53,956 nt of DNA from an uncultured Planctomycetaceae bacterium (GTDB lineage Bacteria; Planctomycetota; Planctomycetia; Planctomycetales; Planctomycetaceae), in contig CAXBME010000040.1 in assembly GCA_963976765.1 (NCBI GenBank), forward strand, positions 1 through 53,956, written 5' to 3'. Positions 39,765-49,510 of the stretch are shown here, in pieces. Within the stretch, counting starts at the first letter, position 1; every line of letters starts with the position of its first letter. Position numbers and translations under genes: made by a program. A model generated the notes under the pieces. That model ran no database searches and had not been told where the DNA came from. It was given only the letters and a program-made list of their open reading frames with translations.

Positions 39765-40817
39765 TTACCCGCGCGCACCTCGATAGACCATTTCATGACG
39801 TGACACTGTCTGCCGCAATTGTGGAACGGCCTCACCGTGAGCCATCACGATCAACGTGTCATTTGCGTTAAGTAGATAGGTCATTCCAGGGTTTCGCGTC
39901 ACTGATTCATCTTCGTGGCGGACCGCAATAACAATGCTTTGATTTGCAGCCCCTAACGACAGTGCTGATAGCTCCTGCCCGACAAATGGCGAGTTTGCCG
40001 ACATTCTGAATTCACAAATCTGCAGGCCGATCTGCAACAGGTCCTCATTCAGCGATTCCTGATCGGTCGCATTGGCCAGCAGGTATTCGGCGGAAGGTCT
40101 CGTAATCAGACGTGCGATCCTCGCTGCGCCGATCGCTTCCGGCAGTACCACGCGAGTTGCCCCGGAGCGAAGCAGTTTCTTCTCAGTGGACGGGGACTGT
40201 CCCCGAGCAATGATCTCAACGCTTGGATTGAGTTCGCGAGCGGTCAGTGTGATGAATACATTAGCTGCATCATCAGGCAAAACGCTGGCGAGGACTTTCG
40301 CTCGGCAAACTCCGGCCGATTCAAGAACGCTCTCGTTCGTCGCGTCCCCAATTAAAACGAACAGGCCCGACAATTCAGCTTCGCGGAGCCGTTCCTGGTC
40401 AGTATCAATCACGACGAATGGTTGTTGAGCCTCGACAAGTTCGTGGGCCAGAATTCGACCGACTCGGCCAAAGCCACAGACGATTACGTGGCCCGAGAGT
40501 TTTTCGATACCGTTTGTCATACGTCGCGCTCCAAGAACACGGTTGAGTTCTCCTTCCGCGATCATCTGGACGAAGCCGCCAACAACGTAGATCGACGATG
40601 TACAACCAGTGATGATCACGCCCATCGTAAATAGCTTGAGCGCCGGGTCCTCAACCGGTCTTACTTCTCCATAGCCGACGCCGTAGAAGGTAATCGTGAC
40701 CATGTAAATAGCTTCGAGCAGGCTCCATCCCGCCAGCCAATAGCCAATTACCCCGACGATTGCCGATACAAAGAAGATGGCGGTTCCGGTCAGGACTTTT
40801 CTTAATGAGGATTGCAT
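39765..40817 (-). CDS. Potassium channel with RCK (TrkA-N/TrkA-C) domains
   Basis: 2 TM plus pore TITFYGVGYGE; VCGFGRVG; C-terminal TrkA-C; start MQSSLRK. Confidence 0.9.
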   Translation of the reverse strand: MQSSLRKVLTGTAIFFVSAIVGVIGYWLAGWSLLEAIYMVTITFYGVGYGEVRPVEDPALKLFTMGVIITGCTSSIYVVGGFVQMIAEGELNRVLGARRMTNGIEKLSGHVIVCGFGRVGRILAHELVEAQQPFVVIDTDQERLREAELSGLFVLIGDATNESVLESAGVCRAKVLASVLPDDAANVFITLTARELNPSVEIIARGQSPSTEKKLLRSGATRVVLPEAIGAARIARLITRPSAEYLLANATDQESLNEDLLQIGLQICEFRMSANSPFVGQELSALSLGAANQSIVIAVRHEDESVTRNPGMTYLLNANDTLIVMAHGEAVPQLRQTVSRHEMVYRGARG

Positions 40818-40974
40818 TAACGTCTCGGCGGACCACGGTGCTCGCCCCAGTAGATTTGCGTTCTGACACCGGAACGGCGACAGGTGTGCTTTCGGCAGTT
40901 CACATTTCAGCGCACATCCGTCAAACACGAGACCGCCGCGCATCGCTGTCTCTCAAACTTCCAACGCATCAACA

Positions 40975-40991
40975 GGCAAATTCAATGCCCA
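40975..40991 (-). promoter_or_regulatory. Putative sigma54 promoter upstream of K+ channel
   Basis: Minus strand TGGGCATTGAATTTGCC (GG-N10-GC). Confidence 0.45.
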
Positions 40992-41586
40992 AAGTCATTC
41001 GTCATTGAATTCGCTTGCTGGGTGGTCCGGTAATCGTGGTCGATAGACTGAATTCAGGTTCGCTCGGTCAGGATTCCTCTCGCAGAGAATTGAATTCGAT
41101 GCCGGCGCGAAAAAGAACGTGCTGTGCTGTGGTGTTGGGCATGTTCGCGATTGCTTCAGGCAGAGATCGCGGACGCTCGATCAGAACGACGAACGCAACC
41201 ACTTCTGTGTAACTGCTCCGGTTTTGTCGACCGACACGCGCATAGATTGACGCAGTTGGCGGCGAAGAGTGTCAGGCGACCTCGGAACTTTGTGCATCTC
41301 ATACTGCAACTGTTGTGTAGGCTGATTGATGGTGTGAAACTGAGCGTGTCTGCACGTCCGACGAGCAGTTTCGGGAACGGCCTTGAGGCATCCCGGACCA
41401 GTGGACGGATCCGCCGCCGCTGGATGTCGGACAGATAGCGCTTCGTAGCCGGCTCGCTCAATCCAGGAATGGGTGCGGATAGCAGTGAGTTCTTGCGTCT
41501 CTGGATCCTTACTTTCAGCCGTGAGGCTCAAGTCGTTCAACGGTGAGAGTCACTGGGAAGCGGTCCGAGAAATTGCCGTGAGCGAT

Positions 41587-41602
41587 TCGGCACGCCTTTT
41601 GC
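41587..41602 (+). promoter_or_regulatory. Putative sigma54 promoter upstream of FHA-like gene
   Basis: TCGGCACGCCTTTTGC (GG-N10-GC). Confidence 0.6.
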
Positions 41603-41639
41603 GAATGCCTCCGATGGATCACGGTGACGTCTAGCGCCT

Positions 41640-42149
41640 GTGGACGTTCTCCTGCCAGAGAAGGAGCTTTTGGAGGACTGCAAGGTGAGACTGCGACTTT
41701 ATCGACTCGACGGCGATTCATCAAAAAATGATCGGCATCGCCCTCTGCTGATCGATCGATTTCCGTTCTCTCTCTGTGATCCGGCCGAGTGGTCACCATT
41801 CAGAATCGGCACGTCTGGCCTGCATGAATGCTGCGAGATCACGCAGATCGGGGACACGCTGTATGTCACCGACAGATCCCCCGACGAGTCGACACGCATC
41901 AACGGACGCCCCGTATCCGTTGCACCAATACTGCCGGGCGATCGCATGACTTTGAACTCGACCGAGTTTCTAGTCTCGTACGAGCGGATAACGTCGGCTC
42001 CCCCGCCTCCGACCGAATCCGTATTCCCAAATGTGGACTGGCATTCGCGGGCGCTATGTCGCAACGACGAGCCTGTTCTATCAGATGAGGAAGCCGGCCT
42101 TTCTCCGTCAATTACGAGCAGTACGTTGGCAGCCCAGGTTTTCGTCTAA
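41640..42149 (+). CDS. Degenerate FHA-like domain protein
   Basis: CEI...LYVTD..S...TRING.......PGDR pattern; canonical GR motif absent. Confidence 0.6.
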   Translation: MDVLLPEKELLEDCKVRLRLYRLDGDSSKNDRHRPLLIDRFPFSLCDPAEWSPFRIGTSGLHECCEITQIGDTLYVTDRSPDESTRINGRPVSVAPILPGDRMTLNSTEFLVSYERITSAPPPPTESVFPNVDWHSRALCRNDEPVLSDEEAGLSPSITSSTLAAQVFV

Positions 42150-42374
42150 CACATTGAGCGATGCCGCTTCGCTGCTTTCGTACCTGGAGTTTCACGAGGC
42201 AATTTGACAGAGCCGGCGCAGCGTCGGCTCGAAGTTCGCGGTTGGTATCAATGCGGTCGACTACCTCATCGGAAATTAGCCCCAAAGTCAACGCGGATTC
42301 ACACCTGGTATCTCTAATGATTCGATGGATTCAAGAGTCGTCCACCGTTCTCACACATCGAAAGGCCAGAAAAG

Positions 42375-42716
42375 ATGATGTCGTTACAACTGCAGGATGC
42401 CGAATTTCGTCGCTTAAACTGGTGTTACAACGTGGTTGTTGGCTTCATCGCGGCTGTTTCAGTCTACGACGCAGCACTCGTGATTCAATGTGCCGACGTG
42501 ATTTCCTTTACCGAGCAGAATCCTGTGGGGCGATACCTCATCAGAATCAACGGTGACGATCCCACCCTGTTCTTGCTGCTCAAGCTCATTGGCACAGCGC
42601 TGACGGTCACTGTGCTACTCAAACTGTTTCAGGAATTCCGCCACCTTGCAGTTCCTGTCGTCACTGGCGTCGCTTCAGCTCAGTTGTCGCTGCTGCTCTA
42701 TCTGTCACTTGCGTAA
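42375..42716 (+). CDS. Small membrane protein (DUF5658-like)
   Basis: 3 hydrophobic helices; D....EQNPVGR...K pattern. Confidence 0.6.
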   Translation: MMSLQLQDAEFRRLNWCYNVVVGFIAAVSVYDAALVIQCADVISFTEQNPVGRYLIRINGDDPTLFLLLKLIGTALTVTVLLKLFQEFRHLAVPVVTGVASAQLSLLLYLSLA

Positions 42717-42729
42717 TTAAGGACTTCTG

Positions 42730-43344
42730 ATGTCGTCACTGAGCCCTCGCGTGGCTATTGCCATCGCTGTAGCTGTGGTTCTGCCGGGAACCATTCTCGC
42801 AATCAGCCAACTCGCCCTGGTGCCAGTTGATACGGCAGGTTTCCAGCAGCGCACTTTGTTCGACAATACGAGAGGTGAACCAGCGAAGTGTGCACACATT
42901 GAAATGCCTCGCCAACACTCAAACGCACCAGCGGCTGGTCGTCGCTTTATTTTCTCAAAGGAATTAAAAGTTCCCTTCGCCCCAGTTCGGCGCGGCCCAC
43001 AAATCCTTGAGCCAGCTGGTCAGCGACTCCCGAATAGCCGCGTTTTTGCTCTCACCGATGATCCATTCGCGGACGTTGCATCGTCAGATCAAGTTCGTGC
43101 GGTGGAATCCAATTCTGCCGCTGTGATCAGTCAGGTTAAGACTCCCGATCGCTCTCGACGTGTCCACTCTGTGACTATTGAACCAATAGCAGTCCGTGAC
43201 TCGATGAATCACCCAGGCAGCATTGATTCTGTGCTGGCCGTTCCATGCCAACCTGCGGATGCCGCCATCAGCGTTCCAACGCCGTGTATCGAGTTCGATC
43301 TGTTCAGCAACTTGAGCAATCGGATATTTCCTCAGTTTCCGTGA
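42730..43344 (+). CDS. Hypothetical protein with N-terminal signal/TM
   Basis: AAGGA RBS 14 nt after the previous stop; hydrophobic N-terminus. Confidence 0.5.
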   Translation: MSSLSPRVAIAIAVAVVLPGTILAISQLALVPVDTAGFQQRTLFDNTRGEPAKCAHIEMPRQHSNAPAAGRRFIFSKELKVPFAPVRRGPQILEPAGQRLPNSRVFALTDDPFADVASSDQVRAVESNSAAVISQVKTPDRSRRVHSVTIEPIAVRDSMNHPGSIDSVLAVPCQPADAAISVPTPCIEFDLFSNLSNRIFPQFP

Positions 43345-43845
43345 GTCGCCGCATGGTAGGCTCCGTCGAATCATCTGGACTCTGAAACTGTAGTAACTGA
43401 CACGAATTACATCGCCGGGCGTAGCCAAACCGATTCCCACTCGGCATCGCTCGTGCATTCGGTTTGCGCGACAGGGGGCAAGTGCAATCCAAAATCGCCC
43501 TTTGTTACATCGACGGGCGCACGGTGATCGCGGTGTCATTCGTCTGACGCATCCTTAGTCTGTTAGTCTGTGCCCCAACCAGGCGGAAGGCTGCGACAAT
43601 CGAGTAATATTAGTCCGGGAACCTGCCAGAGTTCCACATCTTCGATGCTGTGCGTCTGGTTTGCGGTTCCTGCGAGATTCACGCGGCGTTTTTTCTGACG
43701 ATATCTTCCGACTGTCCGGCCACTGAGAAGCACGCGACGAATTCCGAACAGAGCAAATCGGCCGGCGATGCTTTGCCCGTTGGAGCGGGAGCCTGCTGAA
43801 ATGGCCGTTCCGGGGACTTTCGTGAGCCCGGTCTCCGGGTGGCAA

Positions 43846-44071
43846 CTCGCCATCATCCGACTGAGACACCGTCGAACCGAAGGCAGCGGCACACGGCGAA
43901 CCAGTCTGGCCATGATGTTCAAACTCGTCGAGTCCGCCTCAAAGAAATGGAGAAGGCTCCGAGGCTACGAACAAATCACACACGTCATCCAGGGATAGAT
44001 TTTCGTCGACGGAACCCTCCAGGAATACGCCGCCTGACTTAACCTCCGGCCACAATATTTGACAGTTGCTC
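43846..44071 (+). pseudogene. IS256-family transposase 3' remnant with probable terminal IR
   Basis: IRLRHRRT.GSG.R..SLAMMFKL..SASKKWRRLRG..QI..VIQG*IFVDG...AA*; ends CCACAATATTTGACAGTTGCTC. Confidence 0.75.
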
Positions 44072-45120
44072 CTTTGGGATGCACTCATCTGAAGGTTGAA
44101 TCTTTGGTCGAGGTTGCCCGTGACTTGATGATTTCCAGAGATTTCCTGCTCAGCAAGACCAACACAAGCTGGGGCTGCAAGTTTCGCTCTGAACTTCGCC
44201 TGACTGGTCGTGAAGAAACGACTATCGACAGTCACTGCCGTCACCTTAAAGCGATTCTGCAATGGACTGAAAAGCAGGGGATGCTGAACCAGGTCCCGGA
44301 ATTCATATTCTTGAAAAAGGCCAAAGGCTCATGAAGAGCAGGCCGATTGCGGAAATGGAATTCGAGCGGATGCTCGCCAAAGTCCCACACGTGGTGTGTG
44401 CCCCCGATACCAACCAAAAGACTCAGGCAATTCTGCGGCACGCCCGCCAGAAAAATGCAGAAAAACAGGCAGCTCTTGTGGTTTCAATTGGGGAGCTCAA
44501 CGAGCGGATCGAAAATGTCTCAGAATCCTGGCGAAATTTCCTCCGTGGGATTCCGTGGGATGTGGTGGTCGGGCCTGCGACTTCGTGAGGCTCTCAGCTT
44601 GTCATGGGACGAATATGCTGACGGTTTACAGGTTGATATGTCGGATGAGTACGTCTCTCTTTCCATACCGGGCGACCACGAGAAAGGCGGGAAGGATCGC
44701 GCTTACCCCGCTGCTGCTGAGTTCGCTGAGTTGTTGCGGGCCATACCTGATGACCAGCTGACGGGCTTTGTATTCAACCCGAAGCCGTCCCGAATTCTGA
44801 AAGGTAACGACAGGGCAAATCCAACGCTGTCTGGTAAAACGATTGCACGAATTGGGGAAGCCGCTGCTGTGGTTGTCGACCGCAAGGGGGAGGGTGTAAC
44901 GTACGCTTCCAGTCGCGATTTGCGACGCTCCTTCGGGCTTCGCTGGTCATGTCGAGTCATGCCTCTGGTCTTTCAAGGTCTCATGCGGCACGAGTCGATA
45001 GACACAACGATGAAGTATTATGTCGGAGAGGATGCTCAAACGACGGCAGCCGAGCTTTACGCTGCACTCGAATCAGAGGAAAACTCCAGGGTTTACCCCA
45101 ATGAGGGATACGTTGGGTAA
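44072..45120 (+). pseudogene. Tyrosine integrase pseudogene
   Basis: Three frame segments; WSGLRLREAL, SRDLRRSFG (H of HxxR lost), MRHESIDTTMKYY; 10-bp tandem duplication at 44542-44561. Confidence 0.88.
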
Positions 45121-45175
45121 TCGGGCAATGGAAGCAGCATTACAACTTGTTTGAGGTAAATGACTTACATCGCAT

Positions 45176-45261
45176 GGCCGAGTGGCGGAATAGGCAGACG
45201 CACGGGACTTAAAATCCCGGGACCCGAATGGGTCGTGCGGGTTCAAGTCCCGCCTCGGCTA
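45176..45261 (+). tRNA. tRNA-Leu(TAA)
   Basis: Acceptor GGCCGAG/CTCGGCT; anticodon arm CGGGA-CTTAAAA-TCCCG; long variable arm GACCC-GAAT-GGGTC; T arm GCGGG-TTCAAGT-CCCGC; no encoded CCA. Confidence 0.96.
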
Positions 45262-46549
45262 ACTTATTAGGGTTCTGAAGGTCTCTGGGGCCATCAGAAC
45301 CAGCGTATTCTGGCGGTTTCCTGTTCGGGTTGTTCTTTGCTGATATCTGCTGATTTGCAGAGATAGAACCACCAGTAGAACCACAAACCGCACGCTGAAA
45401 GGAATCGGCAGTTGCCATCGCGTAGTGCTTCATCGCGACGGCTTCAGTATTGCCACGCCAATCGCAAACATCTTTTACGGGATGGATGCCGAGCAGTTCC
45501 GTTTGTCGACTCGCTCGCAAGTTATGGAAAAGCTTTGGCCAAGGCGTGATTCCTGCCTGTTTCAGCACCTTCTGAAATGCAGTCCGGATATTCTGATCCT
45601 TAGATCGCCAGCGAGTGATAACAGGATCACTCATCGGGCAGTCGATGCCGGGCTTCGCACGATCGTAAAGGCGTTGCAGAAATGGCCGGAGTTCCGGGAA
45701 TATTGGGCAGATTCGAAACCCACCATCTTCGTGATGTTCAGTTTTGTCGGCGTGAATCGTCAGTCGCCCAGCTTCCAGGTCAACGTCTTCCCAAGTTAGT
45801 CGGATCGGTTCTCCACTCCTCAAGCCGCCGTAACGACTCAGCGCGATAATTGCACGAAGGTCCGGACACGTCGTAACTTCGAGTGCCTTCTCGATTGTCG
45901 GCTGATCGACAAACTGTTGGCGTTTCGTGTTTCCATGTACGGATGCGGGCAAACCATCAAATGGATTGCTGCTGATCACGCCTTGCTTAATTGCATAGCC
46001 AAAAAACTGCCGAACGCGTCCTGTTCTGCGGCGGACCGTATTGTCCGATAGCTTTTTAAAAGCCTTGTCGCGCTGGTTACCTTCGATCGCCAGCCAGATT
46101 CGCCAGCGTTCCGCATCGCCGGCAGTGATCGAGTCGAGTCGCCGATCAACTCCAAAGAATTCGACCAGGCAGGTTACTGCCCGGCGATAGCACAACTGTG
46201 TGGATGCCTTCACGTCCCTCCGATGTGCGACATAGTCGGCAAGAAACGGCCCCAGCGTGACCGGCCCTCGGTCGTCAGCCGTTGGGGCGATCAACTCCAC
46301 CTTCACAAGTTTCTTACGAAGCTCTTGACCGATCGAACCAAGCCAGCGCGCCGTTTGAATATCTGGAGCGACACCAGCGGCTGTTGCCGCCAGCAACTGC
46401 TCTACGTGCCCTTTTACAGTCTCAGCCTGCCGCTTTGAAAAACCGCCCAGCCAGATAGTCTGTCGCCGCTTCTTCTGCCCCCGGTTGTCAAAGTCGTAGA
46501 ACCGAATCTTGTAACCGTTTCGGCCTGGTTCTTTTCCTACGCTTGCCAT
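45209..46549 (-). CDS. Tyrosine recombinase/integrase (apparently intact)
   Basis: SAM-like core; RYGGLR.GE, KTEH, FHNLRASR, GNT..VAMKHY; 3' end antisense to the tRNA. Confidence 0.93.
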   Translation of the reverse strand: MASVGKEPGRNGYKIRFYDFDNRGQKKRRQTIWLGGFSKRQAETVKGHVEQLLAATAAGVAPDIQTARWLGSIGQELRKKLVKVELIAPTADDRGPVTLGPFLADYVAHRRDVKASTQLCYRRAVTCLVEFFGVDRRLDSITAGDAERWRIWLAIEGNQRDKAFKKLSDNTVRRRTGRVRQFFGYAIKQGVISSNPFDGLPASVHGNTKRQQFVDQPTIEKALEVTTCPDLRAIIALSRYGGLRSGEPIRLTWEDVDLEAGRLTIHADKTEHHEDGGFRICPIFPELRPFLQRLYDRAKPGIDCPMSDPVITRWRSKDQNIRTAFQKVLKQAGITPWPKLFHNLRASRQTELLGIHPVKDVCDWRGNTEAVAMKHYAMATADSFQRAVCGSTGGSISANQQISAKNNPNRKPPEYAGSDGPRDLQNPNKLAEAGLEPARPIRVPGF

Positions 46550-46726
46550 CGTCGATCGCCTTTCGAAATGTCACCGGGAGAATTGCCACAGCAGGCCGGT
46601 GGTGACGCCAGCACTCAGAGGAAACTCTGGCTGCAACAGTTGAAGTCTTAGCATCGAAGATCTTTCGATGCGAGATCGGATGGGGTTGACACAACTCGAT
46701 TTGTTCCGAAGAACAGCAAGGTTGTG

Positions 46727-49045
46727 TCAACTCAAGTCGAACAGCACGAACTCACGTGTGGGCCGGCCACCCGACGGTCCTGGTGCAACTGGTTGCCAGC
46801 TTCCGAATCCAGCTTTCACCATGCCGTCGAGTATCGCTTCCGCTTCATCACTGGACTTGAGTTTCCTGCGTCGCTGAATGTCGCGAGCCGTCATGCGACC
46901 GCCATTGGTTCGAATCCAGTCGGCAAGCTCGGCGACGCGGTGTTCCTCTGCTGTGCGGTCGAGAATCGCGTAGACGCGAGTTGTTTCGCCAATGAACCAC
47001 TCTGCCAGACCGATTGCTGACGTCATGCTGACACAGTCAATCACCGTCGCATCAATGGCTTCATCAACCACAGAGCGGACCAGGTGTATGATCAGCGCCA
47101 GCCTTGCCGGAATCTCTTCCAGCTTTGAGTAGGCTGCCGCGAGTTCTCCTGAGGCATCCGCAAGCGTAGTGTCATGCGAATTGTAGAACTTGACCCACAG
47201 CTTCTTCGCGTCGTCCGATAAACAGGCTATCGCCGGAACAGTCTCGCCGTTGTTATCTGTCGCAAACTCAGGACTGCGCAATCGCGAGATAGCGTCACGC
47301 ATCCGTTGAAGTTGTCCGTGATCAACGTCGAATTCTGACCATCGCTTTGGACTCCGTGGCGGATAGGCCAGCAGCAGGCGAGCAAACAGACCGTTTTCAC
47401 GGTGTTCCTGTCCAATTGAGCGACTCAGTGTGCCAGGCTGAATTGTACCGGTCGCGCAAACTGCTGCTCGTGGGACATACAAACGGCGAACGTCTCCCGA
47501 TTTGCGATCGACCCGCACTGTGCTGGCGTTGTACATGCTGAGCCATCGCGACACATCTCCTGATGACTTTCCAGCTCGATACTTGTCGAATCCCGCGATC
47601 CAGCCAGCGAGTTCGTCGGTGGCTACCAGTAGCCCTCTACGATTCTCCGTAAGCAAGGGAACAATGGCTTCGATGGTGGTATCGTCAACGCTCCATCGCT
47701 CTTCGATCGGTTTATTCGGTGGGCACGGTTCAGTGCCTTCGCCAGTCTTCTTCCAGGCAGCGTATCGCCTTTCAAATTCCTTTTGACTTTCCCGGTGAGT
47801 TGCCAGCAACGACTGATATTGTCGATCCAGCTCCTGTTCGTGATCGGTTACCAATCCGGCAGCGAATGCAAACGCTGGACTCTTCTGACTGCCTGACTCG
47901 CCAATGGTTACCGTCCAGAGTATCGGCGGAACGTGCCAGCTTGCTTTCAAACGCAATCGGCGGGCATTACCAATGGCAGAACCAAGAATGGCAAGTAGCG
48001 GCATCACGATGGCAACGGGATCACATCCGATCGCTCTTGCTCCGGAATTCACGAAACTGCGAACGGGTTCTGGCAGAAGTTCAACGGGAAACGGTTGGAA
48101 AGCCAGTCTTGTGGACGAGTGCTGTTTGTTGCTCATTTCGATTGGTGCAGTCTGCATAGTTAGTTCCTCAATTCGTTCTGCCAGTGTTGCCGAACTCTGC
48201 CCATCGAAGTGCTCCGAGAAATCAGCCGCGTCCCCACCATCGGGAATACCCGGCCAGATATCTTTCAGCCGGATGATGCGAACGGTCGTACCATGCAGCT
48301 CACAGGACAGAATCCCAATTACTGATTCGGCAAACAGTTCGCCTGGCTCGTCGTTGTCGGGAACGAGCACCACGTCCTTGCCGGCAAGCACCGACCAGTC
48401 AGCATGTTTGGCAGCCTTACAGCCGCCTGGTGACGTCGTAGCCGTCAAGCCAAACGACCGGAGTGCATCAGCAGCCTTTTCGCCCTCTGCCACGTAGACG
48501 CGATTTGAGGCCGTGACGTCGGGCAGTCGATACAGCGGGCGAGGTGCCGACATTGCACACAGCATCCAGCCACTTTCCGATCGACTGAGCGGGCGAAATT
48601 CCTTGCCGTTGTCCGTGTCCCACCGGATTACGACTCCGACAGGCTCGCCGTCAGCATCGTCATAGGTCCAGACCCGAATATCGCCGTGTTGTTTTCTGAA
48701 GTAGTCGATTGCAACTTCAACCGACGGAAATGTCTTGCTGACTTTCGGCGTGACAGTACCGCCGCGTTTCGGCTGAATCTTTGGGTTCTGTCTACCGTCT
48801 CCGTTGGTGGGAAACAGATCAGCCAGAGTCAGGCCGACAGACGTCAGAACGTCTTCGGGACGGCATCCGGCGAAACAATGAATTCCGACAGTTCCATCGA
48901 TTCTTTCGCTGACTTTCAGGCTGGGATTATTGTCGTCGTGCGCAGGACAGCAGGTGATGAAGCCATCGCCGCTCTTTCTTGCCTCGTGTCCCGTTTCAGC
49001 AGATATCGTATTCAGGACCGTATCGATTGGGTTTGCGATGCTCAC
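46727..49045 (-). CDS. Primase-helicase: CHC2 zinc finger + TOPRIM + DUF3987/YfjI P-loop domain
   Basis: CPAHDD..PSL..HCFAGC; VAEGEKAADA, PDNDEPG; GESGSQKS, DELAGW, GTIQP; GTG start overlaps the upstream stop. Confidence 0.88.
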   Translation of the reverse strand: MSIANPIDTVLNTISAETGHEARKSGDGFITCCPAHDDNNPSLKVSERIDGTVGIHCFAGCRPEDVLTSVGLTLADLFPTNGDGRQNPKIQPKRGGTVTPKVSKTFPSVEVAIDYFRKQHGDIRVWTYDDADGEPVGVVIRWDTDNGKEFRPLSRSESGWMLCAMSAPRPLYRLPDVTASNRVYVAEGEKAADALRSFGLTATTSPGGCKAAKHADWSVLAGKDVVLVPDNDEPGELFAESVIGILSCELHGTTVRIIRLKDIWPGIPDGGDAADFSEHFDGQSSATLAERIEELTMQTAPIEMSNKQHSSTRLAFQPFPVELLPEPVRSFVNSGARAIGCDPVAIVMPLLAILGSAIGNARRLRLKASWHVPPILWTVTIGESGSQKSPAFAFAAGLVTDHEQELDRQYQSLLATHRESQKEFERRYAAWKKTGEGTEPCPPNKPIEERWSVDDTTIEAIVPLLTENRRGLLVATDELAGWIAGFDKYRAGKSSGDVSRWLSMYNASTVRVDRKSGDVRRLYVPRAAVCATGTIQPGTLSRSIGQEHRENGLFARLLLAYPPRSPKRWSEFDVDHGQLQRMRDAISRLRSPEFATDNNGETVPAIACLSDDAKKLWVKFYNSHDTTLADASGELAAAYSKLEEIPARLALIIHLVRSVVDEAIDATVIDCVSMTSAIGLAEWFIGETTRVYAILDRTAEEHRVAELADWIRTNGGRMTARDIQRRRKLKSSDEAEAILDGMVKAGFGSWQPVAPGPSGGRPTREFVLFDLS

Positions 49046-49326
49046 TGGTCGCCCTCCTGCGTTGTGCAAAGGGCATCGAGCACGTGAGCGGGTCGGTACA
49101 GAACACGTCGCCCCATTGGCACAAACGGGACTTCTCCAGCTTTACGCATCCGTTGCAGCATCTGTGGTGAGACATTGAGCCGGGCCGCCATCGCTGGTTC
49201 GTCGACCAAGCCATCAACTGCCGATTGTTGCCTGTCCTGCTCTGCTAACCGCGAAGCAACGTCGTCAGCAATACGGGTGGCAAGCTGCGCCACCAGTCGT
49301 TCGAAATCGAATGAGGAGTCAGTCAT
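49042..49326 (-). CDS. Excisionase/AlpA-like HTH protein
   Basis: LVDEPAMAARLNVS..MLQRMRKAGEVPFVPMGRRVLY. Confidence 0.85.
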   Translation of the reverse strand: MTDSSFDFERLVAQLATRIADDVASRLAEQDRQQSAVDGLVDEPAMAARLNVSPQMLQRMRKAGEVPFVPMGRRVLYRPAHVLDALCTTQEGDQ

Positions 49327-49510
49327 TGCAGACCTCACCTTCGGTCTGCGCGTCACGGAAAGCCATGAACCTCAGTTTGATGCTGAAGTGGTCTTCGAGC
49401 TTGCGTCTGGCTTCACGTTCGAGTTCTCGGTCGTTCGCCTTGTGAGCCGCGACAAGTATCGCGACCAGTGATGCGGGGCTATTGCCCACATCAAGCCTCT
49501 GCTGATTCAT
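49319..49510 (-). CDS. Small hypothetical element protein
   Basis: GAGG upstream of ATG; translationally coupled to the HTH gene. Confidence 0.65.
   Translation of the reverse strand: MNQQRLDVGNSPASLVAILVAAHKANDRELEREARRKLEDHFSIKLRFMAFRDAQTEGEVCND

Larger units (their letters stand above)
36871..45220. mobile_element. Decayed integrative island on the 5' side of tRNA-Leu
   Basis: Bounded by 45-bp tRNA-derived direct repeats; integrase pseudogene abuts the right repeat. Confidence 0.75.

Noticed and set aside
40276..40289. 14-nt match (GGCAAAACGCTGGC) to the reverse complement of the spacer near 53132-53163
   Set aside because: Too short and expected by chance. I saw no convincing self-targeting spacer by eye, but this needs a proper alignment.
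40992..41586. Overlapping 65-120 aa ORFs and several TGAATTC palindromes
   Set aside because: ORFs lack motifs or RBS; the short palindromes are irregularly spaced.
43555..43570. TTAGTCTG tandem duplicate as an IS256 target-site duplication
   Set aside because: It does not flank the IS remnant and is compatible with slippage.
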